Assembly (NCBI GenBank): GCA_018714245.1
Contig: DVNQ01000044.1
Coordinates: 1,897 to 65,896 of the forward strand
Source: Candidatus Avilachnospira avicola
Lineage (GTDB): Bacteria > Bacillota > Clostridia > Lachnospirales > Lachnospiraceae
Reading direction: 5' to 3'
DNA length: 64,000 bases
Position 1 is the first letter of the stretch, and every line of letters begins with the position of its first letter. Under the pieces are notes generated by a model. The model was not told where the DNA came from and searched no databases. It worked only from the letters and a program-made list of their open reading frames with translations. Below are positions 9,666 through 18,518 of this stretch, in pieces. The translations under genes and the position numbers were made by a program.

Positions 9666-12041
9666 TTACTGGGGTGAACTGTTGATATCAGTCACCCCCT
9701 CATTTCCCTCTTCGGTTACCGATCCTGCCGTTTCAGGCTCAGCCACTATGATGCCCTGCTGCTCCATGAGATCTGACAGTCCGTCCGGAAGCTCTCCGCC
9801 TCCGTCATCTCCCTGTATGAATTCATCGGTCTGGGGAGGTGCAGAGGTCTCCTCCGGAAGGCTTTCCTCTTCCGCATCTTCTGAAAGCTCATTGCCATCT
9901 GTTTCTTCGGAGGATCCTTCCTGCACTCCGGTCTCGTTTTCGGACTCGGCGCCTTCTGAGGTTCCGCCTTCCGAAGCCGTTTCATCCGTCTGGCTTTCGG
10001 GAAGGGCTATGCCAGGAGCCCTGTATTCGGATCCGTCCACTCCCGCAGGATATTCTCCGACCATCGGGAGTATCTCGCCCATGATCCCCGAGAATATCTC
10101 GGATGCAAACGAGCTGTGGGCCTGGGCCTGTCTTTCAAGATTGGGCTGATCGATGACCACATAGCATACAAGCTGGGGATCCTCCACCGGTGCAAATCCG
10201 CAGAAGCTGACCAGATAGTTCTCATCCGCTCTGGGAAGCTTCTCCGCAGTACCCGTCTTTCCTCCGACGTGATATCCTGCCACTGCGGCTGCTCCTCCGG
10301 TTCCGGTCTCCACTGTCTCAAATAGTGCATTTTTAATAAAGTCGCAGGTATCGGTCGATACCGTCTCCCTGACAAGCTCAGGTTCAAAGTCCTTGACTAT
10401 GGCACCGTTTTCGTCCACTATCCTGCTGACCACATGGGGCTTATAATAGCTTCCCCCGTTTACTATGGAGCAGTAGGCAGCTGCCATCTGGATCATCGTA
10501 CAGGTATAGTTCTGTCCGAAGGATCTGGTGGCAAGATCGACCCTTCCTATATCTCCTGAAAGGCCCAGCCCGCTGCCCTCGGCAGGAAGGTCTATGCCCG
10601 TCGGCTCTCCGAAGCCAAAGGCATGCTCATATTTGAGGAACAGATCCTCTCCCTCCTTAAGGGCTATCTCCATCATGACCACGTTGCAGGAATTGGTTAT
10701 GCCTCCGGTCACGTCCAGAAGCCCATGGCCGTTCCTGTTTACACAGTTTATCCTCCAGGTATGGCCGCTTCCGGAGAACTGAAGGTTACCCTCACACTGG
10801 AAGGTATCCGTCCTGTTGATCACGCCCTCTTCCAAGGCTCCTGCAACGGTAAATATCTTCTGGGTGGATCCGGGCTCATAGGCATCGCTGACGCAGTAGT
10901 TTCTCCAGATCTGATTCCAGGCAGCCACCTGTCCCAGGCTCATGATCTCACTTTGCTGATAAAGCTCAGGCACCTGCTCCTTGGTAAGCTTCAAGGCATC
11001 AGGGTTCTTCGAAGCATAGTCATATATGCACTCCTGAAGGCCGAGCTGATATATTTCCTCATCAGTAAAGCCCTCCACTGTCCTCGGATCATTAAGATCA
11101 TATCTGTCACTGTCCGCCATTGCAAGGACTTCTCCCGTATTGGGATCCATCACTATGACTGCAGCCTCCAGGGAACCTGTTCCGTCCTGCCACTGCTTAA
11201 TATATTTTTCCACTACTGACTGTATGTTTGCATCTATGGTCAGTACAAGGGTATTGCCGTTTTCAGCCGGCTTTATGACCTTTTCAAGGTCCGCCTCATC
11301 ATTGAGATATCCGTATTCCCTTCCGTTGGTGCCCGTAAGCTGGTCGTTATAGTACTGCTCCACTCCGCCGGTACCTACCGATCCGTCCGCAGAGGCAAAT
11401 CCTATCACGTTGCAGGCAAGGGAACCGTAGGGATATTTTCTGTTATAGTCATCCTCGAACCAGATCCCCCGTATCTGGTTCTTCCTTACTTCAGCATTTT
11501 CGCTCTTGAGGAACTCCGCATTCTTCTCTTCCACGTATGCCTCAAAGCCCTGCTTCTGATCATAGCTTATATATCTCTGGTAACGGACATAAGATGAAGA
11601 GGATCTGTCCGCTATTATGCCGGAGAGCTCCTCCCTGTCATATCCGAAGTATTCACACAGAGCATCTATTGTTGGCTCCACCACATTCCGTCTGCGGCTT
11701 CCGTCCTCTGAACGGCCCTCCGCATCCGCCATCTGGCGTGGATCCAGGATGAGATTATATACCTTCTCACTGGTCGCCAGCCGGTTTCCGTTCCTATCAT
11801 AAATATCCCCGCGCTTATATGGTATCGTGGCGGAGGTATACTCCGACTGGCGCTGGGATAGTACTATCTTGCTGTATTCCTCGTTATTTTCATCCTGAAT
11901 CAGATAGGCTCTTACAAGAAGTGCCGTCAAAGCGAGCATCACAATACCCACTGTAACGGCAAGCTTCTGCTTCATGACCCTGTTGAATACAGGAGGCTTC
12001 CTTTTTTTAGGGCCGCCGTTAATGTTTTGTGATGCTCTCAT
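9666..12041 (-). CDS. Class B penicillin-binding protein (FtsI/PBP2B/SpoVD-type transpeptidase)
   Basis: N-terminal TM anchor and transpeptidase motifs STQK, SCN and KTGT. dcw position after ftsL. About 115 aa at the C-terminus form an acidic low-complexity tail. Confidence 0.92.
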   Translation of the reverse strand: MRASQNINGGPKKRKPPVFNRVMKQKLAVTVGIVMLALTALLVRAYLIQDENNEEYSKIVLSQRQSEYTSATIPYKRGDIYDRNGNRLATSEKVYNLILDPRQMADAEGRSEDGSRRRNVVEPTIDALCEYFGYDREELSGIIADRSSSSYVRYQRYISYDQKQGFEAYVEEKNAEFLKSENAEVRKNQIRGIWFEDDYNRKYPYGSLACNVIGFASADGSVGTGGVEQYYNDQLTGTNGREYGYLNDEADLEKVIKPAENGNTLVLTIDANIQSVVEKYIKQWQDGTGSLEAAVIVMDPNTGEVLAMADSDRYDLNDPRTVEGFTDEEIYQLGLQECIYDYASKNPDALKLTKEQVPELYQQSEIMSLGQVAAWNQIWRNYCVSDAYEPGSTQKIFTVAGALEEGVINRTDTFQCEGNLQFSGSGHTWRINCVNRNGHGLLDVTGGITNSCNVVMMEIALKEGEDLFLKYEHAFGFGEPTGIDLPAEGSGLGLSGDIGRVDLATRSFGQNYTCTMIQMAAAYCSIVNGGSYYKPHVVSRIVDENGAIVKDFEPELVRETVSTDTCDFIKNALFETVETGTGGAAAVAGYHVGGKTGTAEKLPRADENYLVSFCGFAPVEDPQLVCYVVIDQPNLERQAQAHSSFASEIFSGIMGEILPMVGEYPAGVDGSEYRAPGIALPESQTDETASEGGTSEGAESENETGVQEGSSEETDGNELSEDAEEESLPEETSAPPQTDEFIQGDDGGGELPDGLSDLMEQQGIIVAEPETAGSVTEEGNEGVTDINSSPQ

Positions 12042-12531
12042 ACTGTCTTACGTATTCACTTTCAGTTCTTTTATATTTTATGGTATTGTTTTCTCCTGCA
12101 TGTACCATGCCAAGTTCGTTGACCGCCACATCATAGACATGGCTGAGATCTACAGAGGTGTCTATGCTCTGCTCCAGAGCGTCGTTTTCAGTCTTCAGGC
12201 TTTCAAGCTGAACCTCCAGGGCCTCTACCGTGTCCATATGGTTATCCACAGAGGCACTCAGATTCAGATAGCCGTATGCGATGAATATGACTGCAGCAAG
12301 GGTAAGGAAGAGCATGGCCACTGTGGGAAGGCCGATGCCGATATTCTTCCTTCTCTCCGGCATGGGAGCATAGCTTACCGGCTGCGGAGCCGGTTTTCTG
12401 CCCTGCTGTCTCCTTCGCCTTTCCGGCTCTGCCTGATAAGGGTAGGCCACTCTGACGGTATTGCCATCAGTTACATATGAGGTCACCGGATGTCCGGTGT
12501 TCCTTTTTTTCGTGCCTGTCCTTACGGCCAT
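12019..12531 (-). CDS. ftsL: FtsL-like cell-division protein (single TM plus coiled coil)
   Basis: Sits between rsmH and the PBP gene. Basic N-terminus, one TM (LPTVAMLFLTLAAVIFIAYGYL), then a heptad-like segment (VEALEVQLESLKTENDALEQ). The call rests on position and architecture only. Confidence 0.6.
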   Translation of the reverse strand: MAVRTGTKKRNTGHPVTSYVTDGNTVRVAYPYQAEPERRRRQQGRKPAPQPVSYAPMPERRKNIGIGLPTVAMLFLTLAAVIFIAYGYLNLSASVDNHMDTVEALEVQLESLKTENDALEQSIDTSVDLSHVYDVAVNELGMVHAGENNTIKYKRTESEYVRQYESITKH

Positions 12532-12548
12532 GATATCATAAGCTCCTT

Positions 12549-13484
12549 TTATCCGTTAGCTTCAAATATGCGAAGCTTTGCACTGTGTGCCCTGTTGTTC
12601 TCCGCAAGCTCCTCCGCTCCTGCGACTATTGGTTTTCTGGTTACTACCCTTCCCTTGGGCTTCCTCCCGCATACGCATACGGGGAAATCCTTGGGACAGA
12701 TGCAGGGATCCTCTGCTTTTCTGAAGGCCGTCTTTACGGCCCGATCCTCCAGGCTGTGGAAGGAAATGATGCACAGCCTTCCTCCCGGTGCCAGCATGTC
12801 TATGAGATGCTCCAGTGATTCCGAAAGAATCGAAAGCTCTCTGTTTACTTCTATCCTTATGGCCTGGAAGGTTCGCTTTGCGGGGTGTCCTCCGCTCTCC
12901 CTCATCCTGGCCGGTATGGCCTGTTTGATGATCTCTGAAAGCTCAGTAGTGGTCTCTATTGGCTTTTTGGCTCTTTCCATTACGATGTGCTTTGCTATGT
13001 TCTTTGCAAATCTGTCTTCACCATAATCTCTTATGATGTGAAAGAGCTCCTGCTCGTCATAGCCGTTCACTACATCGTAAGCGCTCAGGGACTGTCTGCG
13101 GTCCATGCGCATATCAAGGGGTGCCTCGGTCCTGTAGGAAAATCCCCTTTCCCCCTCATCCAGCTGATAGGAAGAAACTCCCAGGTCAAGGAGTATGCCA
13201 TCTGCTTTTTCAAGCCCCAGAGATCCGAATATCTCCGGCAGATCCTCGTAGTTGCCTCTTACTATCCTTACCCGGTCTCCATAGGGTGAGAGCCGTTTTC
13301 CGGCTGCTTCTATGGCATCCTCATCCCTGTCGACTCCGATAAGCCTTCCGCCTTCCGTAAGGCGCTTTGCTATCTCCTCCGAATGACCCCCGCCTCCCAG
13401 GGTCCCATCGGCATATATCCCGTCAGGCCTGATATTGAGGCCCTCTATCACTTCATCAAGCAGCACCGGTCTGTGGGAAAACAT
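12549..13484 (-). CDS. rsmH: 16S rRNA (cytosine1402-N4)-methyltransferase
   Basis: [12 protein letters not shown] start and a [12 protein letters not shown]-binding motif. Located immediately downstream of mraZ. Confidence 0.96.
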   Translation of the reverse strand: MFSHRPVLLDEVIEGLNIRPDGIYADGTLGGGGHSEEIAKRLTEGGRLIGVDRDEDAIEAAGKRLSPYGDRVRIVRGNYEDLPEIFGSLGLEKADGILLDLGVSSYQLDEGERGFSYRTEAPLDMRMDRRQSLSAYDVVNGYDEQELFHIIRDYGEDRFAKNIAKHIVMERAKKPIETTTELSEIIKQAIPARMRESGGHPAKRTFQAIRIEVNRELSILSESLEHLIDMLAPGGRLCIISFHSLEDRAVKTAFRKAEDPCICPKDFPVCVCGRKPKGRVVTRKPIVAGAEELAENNRAHSAKLRIFEANG

Positions 13485-13486
13485 GA

Positions 13487-13915
13487 TCAGATCCCCAGTC
13501 CTTCCCAGACCTCATCCAGTTTATCAGGATCCTCAAAGGTCTTCTGTACCTCTTCCCACTTGGCCTTATCCCAGATCTCGATAAAATCTATCTGTCCGAC
13601 CAGCACCACATCTTTTGTGAGCTCTGCAAAGCTCCTGAGAGGCTGAGGAAGCAGTATCCTGCCCATCTTGTCAAGCTCACACTCGGTAGCAGCGGAAACT
13701 ATGTATCTCTTGAAGTCCCGGCCTTTTTTATCCGTCATGGGAAGGGACGCCACCTTTTCGGTCATCTTTTCCCAGTCGCTCATGGGATAGATGCTGAGGC
13801 AGCTTCCCATGCCTCTGGTCACGACAAACTTCTCTCCGAGTACATCACGAAACCTGACAGGTATGATCAGCCTGCCCTTGGCGTCTATGCTGTGATTGTA
13901 CTCACCCATTAACAT
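13487..13915 (-). CDS. mraZ: Transcriptional regulator MraZ
   Basis: [23 protein letters not shown] plus a second repeat ([17 protein letters not shown]). The track start at 13948 is trimmed to the ATG at 13915; the ATG at 13909 is an alternative. Confidence 0.93.
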   Translation of the reverse strand: MLMGEYNHSIDAKGRLIIPVRFRDVLGEKFVVTRGMGSCLSIYPMSDWEKMTEKVASLPMTDKKGRDFKRYIVSAATECELDKMGRILLPQPLRSFAELTKDVVLVGQIDFIEIWDKAKWEEVQKTFEDPDKLDEVWEGLGI

Positions 13916-13924
13916 GATTTTGAT

Positions 13925-13966
13925 CCACTTTCTGACACAATGTACCACAATTTGCTACTTTTACAC
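13925..13966 (-). promoter_or_regulatory. Putative MraZ operator (GTGG/GTGT direct repeats)
   Basis: The minus strand shows GTGT(13966-13963), GTGG(13948-13945), GTGT(13938-13935) and GTGG(13928-13925). The last three are spaced exactly 10 bp apart, 10-33 nt upstream of the mraZ ATG. Confidence 0.45.
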
Positions 13967-14191
13967 TATTTTCTCCCATCAAATATCAAAAGTCAAGCAA
14001 AAATCCCGTATTCTTACATTATTTTACAGCCTTTTCGCAGCCCGGCAAAAAGGGCACAATATATGCTCACGAAAGTCCATATCTTGTGCCCCGAAAAAGC
14101 CCGGATGTAAGACCAAAACGGATATACATTTCCGGGATTTTATGTTACATTCTTATCCATAATGACTTTTACCCTTGGGAGAGATGAAAAA

Positions 14192-14341
14192 ATGAAGGAA
14201 AGCATTAAAAATGTCACCGGCTTCATCCTCTTTGTGATAGGCGCCGCCCTCATGATCTGCGGATTTTGCTTTACGGAAGAGCCATCACTTGTGCTGCATA
14301 AGGCCATAACCATATGTCTTGAATGTGTGGGTATCGGATAA
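14192..14341 (+). CDS. CxxC-motif mini membrane protein (CD1871A-like), 49 aa
   Basis: Below the ORF-track size cut-off. ATG at 14192 after GGGAGAG. My translation is MKESIKNVTGFILFVIGAALMICGFCFTEEPSLVLHKAITICLECVGIG, i.e. one TM helix and a C-terminal ICLECVGIG. It sits directly in front of a 4Fe-4S membrane protein. Confidence 0.6.
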   Translation: MKESIKNVTGFILFVIGAALMICGFCFTEEPSLVLHKAITICLECVGIG

Positions 14342-14357
14342 GGATGGGGAGGATGTT

Positions 14358-15242
14358 TTGAAAGATAAGGTAAAAAGATCGGAAAGGATCAGGCTCATTA
14401 TACAGGCTGCATTCCTGGCGCTGACCAACGGATATGCCAGAGGCTTCCTCGAAGGAAAGATCTACAGGGGAGGTTCAAAACGGTTCTGCGTACCGGGGCT
14501 CAACTGTTATTCCTGCCCTGGAGCCCTGTTTTCCTGTCCCATCGGGTCTTTGCAGGCAGTGCTGGACAGCGGAAAATATCGGGCCTCGCTATATGTCTTC
14601 GGCTTCATCACTATGATCGGGGCTCTCCTCGGACGGACCATCTGCGGTTTTTTATGTCCCTTCGGGCTTATCCAGGATCTGCTGTACCGCATACCGGTCT
14701 TCCGGAAGCAGAAAAATCTTCCTGGGCACAGATATCTTCGTTATCTGAGATACGGGATCCTCATCCTGATGGTGATCCTTCTTCCCATGCTCATTCTGAA
14801 TGAGGCAGGCATCGGCGATCCCTGGTTCTGCAAATACATATGTCCAAGCGGCACTCTGCTTGCCGGCATACCGCTCCTGATATCCAATCCCTCTTTAAGA
14901 GAGGCTGCAGGCATTTTGTTTTCATGGAAGGCTGCCCTGCTTTTTGCCATCCTGCTGCTTTCAATCAGGTACTTCCGGCCTTTCTGCAAATATCTCTGCC
15001 CGTTGGGAGCCTTTTACGGGGTCTTTAATCCCGTCTCCGTATATCGTTTCAGGATAGATACAGATGCCTGCATAAACTGCGGCGTCTGCAGAGCAGTCTG
15101 CGGCATGGATATAGACGTATGGAAGCATCCCAACAGCCCTGACTGCATAAGATGCGGAGCCTGCAGGGCGGCGTGCCCCACCGGAGCCATAAAGGATACA
15201 TTTTCATATCTTAAGCCAATAAAAAAAGGCACGGTCTCATGA
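14358..15242 (+). CDS. Membrane-bound 4Fe-4S binding protein (NapH/MauN-like polyferredoxin)
   Basis: Repeated CxxCP/CP motifs in TM context (CYSCPGALFSCP, CGFLCPFG, CKYICPSG, CKYLCPLG) plus a C-terminal 2x[4Fe-4S] ferredoxin motif (CINCGVCRAVC...CIRCGACRAACP). The preferred start is the TTG at 14358, 4 nt after GGGGAGGA. The in-frame ATG at 14319 has no RBS and overlaps the upstream gene. Confidence 0.85.
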   Translation: MKDKVKRSERIRLIIQAAFLALTNGYARGFLEGKIYRGGSKRFCVPGLNCYSCPGALFSCPIGSLQAVLDSGKYRASLYVFGFITMIGALLGRTICGFLCPFGLIQDLLYRIPVFRKQKNLPGHRYLRYLRYGILILMVILLPMLILNEAGIGDPWFCKYICPSGTLLAGIPLLISNPSLREAAGILFSWKAALLFAILLLSIRYFRPFCKYLCPLGAFYGVFNPVSVYRFRIDTDACINCGVCRAVCGMDIDVWKHPNSPDCIRCGACRAACPTGAIKDTFSYLKPIKKGTVS

Positions 15243-15259
15243 TGGCCGTACCTTTTTTT
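15221..15259. terminator. Bidirectional hairpin terminator
   Basis: AAAAAAAGGCACGG-11 nt-CCGTACCTTTTTTT with one mismatch, spanning the stop codon of the 4Fe-4S gene. Confidence 0.6.
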
Positions 15260-15512
15260 ACGTTATGCAGTTTTCAAGGTCCTGGACTCAGGTGCACATG
15301 ATACCCGGTCTTTCCGTGACATATAAACGACCTTCGCGCCATACATCCGCCTTAACTTACTTTCTTCCGCAAGGCTGCGGCTTCGGGCGGCGATGTCAAA
15401 GAGCCTGAGCCAAAAGCATATGTCTCAGTATCAGCCGATATGCCCTGCCAGGCATCTCTTACAGCAGAAATAAATAAACTGATTCTCTGGGATCTTTGCA
15501 GATATTGCCAAG

Positions 15513-15605
15513 AAAAAAAGATGATCCGGTGATCCGGATAAGGATAGGGCGGAGGACCTGCCCTGCCATGGGAACATACATATGAAATATTGAGATATGC
15601 TTTAT
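15513..15605 (-). ncRNA. Candidate ~90-nt small transcript (unknown family)
   Basis: A minus-strand TTGCCA-17 nt-TATACT promoter (15640-15612) is followed about 90 nt later by hairpin ATCCGG-TGAT-CCGGAT and T7 (15539-15513). The internal hairpin is GGGCAGG-TCCT-CCGCCC. No RBS-supported ORF. This is speculative. Confidence 0.2.
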
Positions 15606-15640
15606 GATGAAAGTATATATGAAACCTGAGCCTTTGGCAA

Positions 15641-15672
15641 GAAAAAACGGCCATCGGATCACCGACGGCCGT
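15641..15672 (-). terminator. Rho-independent terminator after tRNA-Arg
   Basis: The minus strand reads ACGGCCGTCG-GTGATC-CGATGGCCGT followed by TTTTTT, starting 5 nt after the tRNA 3' end. Confidence 0.7.
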
Positions 15673-15676
15673 CTGA

Positions 15677-15750
15677 TGCACCAGAGAAGGCTCGAACTCC
15701 CAACCTTTCGGTCCGTAGCCGAACGCTCTATCCAATTGAGCTACTAGTGC
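15677..15750 (-). tRNA. tRNA-Arg (anticodon ACG), 74 nt, no encoded CCA
   Basis: The reverse complement folds as a cloverleaf. Acceptor GCACTAG/CTGGTGC, D arm GCTC-AATTGGATA-GAGC, anticodon arm TTCGG-CTACGGA-CCGAA, T arm GGGAG-TTCGAGC-CTTCT, discriminator A. Confidence 0.93.
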
Positions 15751-15781
15751 ACGCGTTTAACGCAACAAATAATATAGCAAA

Positions 15782-16693
15782 TCACTTTTTCTTTGTCAAG
15801 CCTGTTTTAAGCCCGGTGACAGGCATGCCCTTATACCTTTTATGCTGTATGATGAGAATGCAGAGAGCACCCACAAAGAGCAGGGCTGAAAGGCACTGTG
15901 AGACCGCAAGCTCCGTACCGGGTATCAGAAGCTGATCCGTGCGAAGCCCCTCTATCATGAATCTTCCGAGCCCGTAAAGCAGCAGATAAAGAACGGTTAT
16001 CTCTCCCTGCCACTTCTGCCTGTATTTTCCGAACCATATCAGAAAGCAGAGACTTAGCAGGTTCCATACCGATTCATACAGAAAGGTAGGATGAACCTGA
16101 ATGTAGCTTACTCCCGCATCGTAGATCAGATGTTCTCTCAGCTCTTCGGATATCATGGAAGGATTGACCAGAGACTCTCTTATCCTCATGGCAAAAAGCC
16201 CATCCGTATATCCTCCGAAAGCCTCACAATTGAAAAAGTTTCCCCAGCGTCCTATGATCTGTCCTGTTATCAGGCCAAGTATGCCGGTATCTGCAAGCCT
16301 GAGGAAAGGAAACTTCCTGGCCTTTGTATAAACGTACGCCGTAGCAAATGCGGCAATGATCCCGCCGTATATCGCAAGACCACCCTTTCTGAGATTGAAT
16401 ATGGAAAGAAGGTCGTTCTTATAGAGGTCCCAGTCAAATATCACATAATATAGCCTTGCTCCGATCACTGAAATAATGATCGCATAGACCGCAAAGTCCG
16501 TATAAAGATCCGGGTCCTGACCCCTTCTCTTTGCATCCCATACGGCCACGCATATCCCGCAGAGCATGCCTATGGCTATGATGATGCCATAGTAATATAC
16601 CGTAAAACCGCCGGGAAGCTGTATGCTCCGGCTCATGTTCTGTATGATTATCCCCAGATGAGGAAATATAAGATCTGCTCCGTTATAGCTCAT
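15782..16693 (-). CDS. lgt: Prolipoprotein diacylglyceryl transferase
   Basis: Lgt motifs GRWGNFFNCEAFG and HPTFLYES in a polytopic 303-aa protein. Confidence 0.94.
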   Translation of the reverse strand: MSYNGADLIFPHLGIIIQNMSRSIQLPGGFTVYYYGIIIAIGMLCGICVAVWDAKRRGQDPDLYTDFAVYAIIISVIGARLYYVIFDWDLYKNDLLSIFNLRKGGLAIYGGIIAAFATAYVYTKARKFPFLRLADTGILGLITGQIIGRWGNFFNCEAFGGYTDGLFAMRIRESLVNPSMISEELREHLIYDAGVSYIQVHPTFLYESVWNLLSLCFLIWFGKYRQKWQGEITVLYLLLYGLGRFMIEGLRTDQLLIPGTELAVSQCLSALLFVGALCILIIQHKRYKGMPVTGLKTGLTKKK

Positions 16694-16797
16694 GACTTCC
16701 TCCGGACCGCCTCTGGGCCCATATCATATATCCTGGTTTTGTTAGCCTTTCCTTTCATCCTCCCCATCTCAGAAGATTTTATCACGGAGGTATATGC

Positions 16798-16826
16798 TTG
16801 TCAAAAAAAGTCTGCGATAGTATACT
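16798..16826 (+). promoter_or_regulatory. Sigma-A type promoter for ychF
   Basis: TTGTCA-17 nt-TATACT about 80 nt upstream of the ychF ATG. Confidence 0.5.
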
Positions 16827-16906
16827 TTATGAAGCCTTATAAAGCTGTCATACAGTATTCTGCGGTATCAGCATCTGCAGTATCAATCCGAAAGCGGAGG
16901 TAATAT

Positions 16907-18004
16907 ATGAAATTAGGAATCGTAGGACTCCCCAATGTGGGAAAATCCACTCTGTTTAATTCAATAACAAAGGCAGGGGCAGAGTCAGCCAACTACCCCT
17001 TCTGTACCATAGATCCCAACGTGGGAGTGGTTGCCGTTCCCGATGAGCGCCTTGATAAGCTGGCAGCTCTCTATGATTCTCAGAAGGTGACTCCTGCAGT
17101 CATCGAATTCGTGGATATAGCAGGCCTTGTAAAGGGGGCTTCAAAGGGCGAAGGCCTTGGAAACCGTTTCCTTGCAAATATCAGGGAATGTGACGCCATA
17201 GTCCATGTGGTCCGCTGCTTTGATGATCCCAACGTCATCCATGTGGAAGGAAGCGTTGATCCGGTAAGAGATATAGAAACCATCAATCTGGAGCTGATCT
17301 TTGCCGATCTTGAGGCACTGGAGAAGCGTATCGGAAGGACAGCCAAGCTTGCAAACAATGATAAAGAGGCAAAGCATGAGCTGGAGATCCTCAAGGAGAT
17401 AAAAGAGGCTCTGGAGGCCGGAAAGCCCGCTTCCACAGTACGCCCTGAGGATGAGGAAGACAAAAAACTGATAGATTCTCTTTTCCTCCTTACCTCAAAG
17501 CCTGTGATCTTTGCTGCCAACGTGGCCGAGGACGATCTTTCGGACGACGGAGCCTCAAATCCCTATGTTTCAGCGGTACGAGAATATGCAAAGGAAACTG
17601 GCAGCGGAGTATTCGTCATCTCAGCCCGTATAGAGGAGGAGATAGCTGAGCTTCCGGATGATGAAAAGAAGGAATACCTTGAGACCCTTGGTCTTTCAGA
17701 GTCCGGTCTGGATAAGCTCATAAAGGCTAGTTATGACCTTCTCGGACTTATGTCCTTCCTTACTGCCGGCGAGAAGGAGACAAGGGCATGGACCATCAAA
17801 AAAGGTACTACCGCACCCCAGGCTGCCGGAAAGATACATTCGGATTTTGAAAGAGGCTTCATAAGGGCTGAGGTCATAAACTACCAGACCCTCCTTGACT
17901 GCGGATCACTTACGGCTGCCAGGGAAAAGGGCCTTGTAAGGCTTGAGGGAAAGGATTATGTCGTACAGGACGGAGACACCATACTGTTCCGTTTCAATGT
18001 CTGA
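16907..18004 (+). CDS. ychF: Ribosome-binding ATPase YchF
   Basis: [19 protein letters not shown]1 motif, 365 aa, C-terminal TGS-like end [19 protein letters not shown]. Confidence 0.97.
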   Translation: MKLGIVGLPNVGKSTLFNSITKAGAESANYPFCTIDPNVGVVAVPDERLDKLAALYDSQKVTPAVIEFVDIAGLVKGASKGEGLGNRFLANIRECDAIVHVVRCFDDPNVIHVEGSVDPVRDIETINLELIFADLEALEKRIGRTAKLANNDKEAKHELEILKEIKEALEAGKPASTVRPEDEEDKKLIDSLFLLTSKPVIFAANVAEDDLSDDGASNPYVSAVREYAKETGSGVFVISARIEEEIAELPDDEKKEYLETLGLSESGLDKLIKASYDLLGLMSFLTAGEKETRAWTIKKGTTAPQAAGKIHSDFERGFIRAEVINYQTLLDCGSLTAAREKGLVRLEGKDYVVQDGDTILFRFNV

Positions 18005-18028
18005 TCTCCGGACATATACCGCCAAATT

Positions 18029-18082
18029 AAAAGATCCCCTGCGATCCGGATATCCTAAGGTATCCGCCGCCGGGGATCTTTT
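18029..18082. terminator. Bidirectional terminator between convergent genes
   Basis: AAAAGATCCCC...GGGGATCTTTT arms enclose a structured 32-nt loop. It lies between the ychF stop and the stop of the 101-aa gene. Confidence 0.5.
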
Positions 18083-18094
18083 CAAGTCCTCTGA

Positions 18095-18400
18095 TTATGA
18101 TTCGCTGTCCGGGTCTTCCGCATCTGTCTCTGAAACCTGGCCTGTCTCAGCATCTGCCTCTGTCTCTTCCATAGACTCTGCATCGGAAGGGGTGGCATCC
18201 GAAGCACTTGCAAGACTTTCCTCTATCTGCTGTGCATACTCCTCCATCATCTTCTGTTCCTGATAGTTCGAATATATGCTGATGCCTATGGGTGAAAGGA
18301 AAAGGACTACGAGGGCACATATCATAAGTATGGTATCCCTCTTATAGGTCCTCCTCTCACTGTCGGTCCTGCGATCATTTTGTCTGTTTGCTCCGCTCAT
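18095..18400 (-). CDS. Hypothetical single-pass membrane protein with acidic tail
   Basis: Basic N-terminus, one TM (ILMICALVVLFLSPIGISIY) and a D/E/S/T-rich C-terminus. AGGGAGG lies upstream. No recognisable family. Confidence 0.5.
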   Translation of the reverse strand: MSGANRQNDRRTDSERRTYKRDTILMICALVVLFLSPIGISIYSNYQEQKMMEEYAQQIEESLASASDATPSDAESMEETEADAETGQVSETDAEDPDSES

Positions 18401-18518
18401 TATCTTTATAAGCCTCCCTATGTTCTTATATTCATTGAAAGACTATAAGCCAAAATTGTGTCCAAATCGTTAAAACGGACATATTTTTTTGCGGAACATC
18501 TTTAGAAGATGAAATGCA

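Noticed and set aside
15260-15640. Possibility that the gap encodes RNase P RNA, SRP RNA, 6S RNA or tmRNA
   Set aside because: The minus strand has CGGAAAGACCGGG, which only loosely resembles the RNase P GAGGAAAGUCCGGGC box. I could not find the SRP GGAAG/AGCA domain-IV motif or a tRNA-like tmRNA end. Without a covariance-model scan I cannot support any known family.
15352-15735. 127-aa minus-strand ORF between the 4Fe-4S gene and lgt
   Set aside because: Its 5' part is the tRNA-Arg gene and its terminator, so it cannot be a real CDS. The remainder has no RBS or motif.
15243-15782. tRNA-Arg as an integration site for a mobile element
   Set aside because: There is no integrase, transposase or phage gene within the flanks, and I saw no repeat of the tRNA 3' end. 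The flanking genes (lgt and the 4Fe-4S pair) look like core genes.
16658-16903. 81-aa plus-strand ORF upstream of ychF (and similar intergenic ORFs 13896-14162 and 21628-21891)
   Set aside because: They span promoter/terminator regions and the starts of divergent genes. They have no RBS and no motif.
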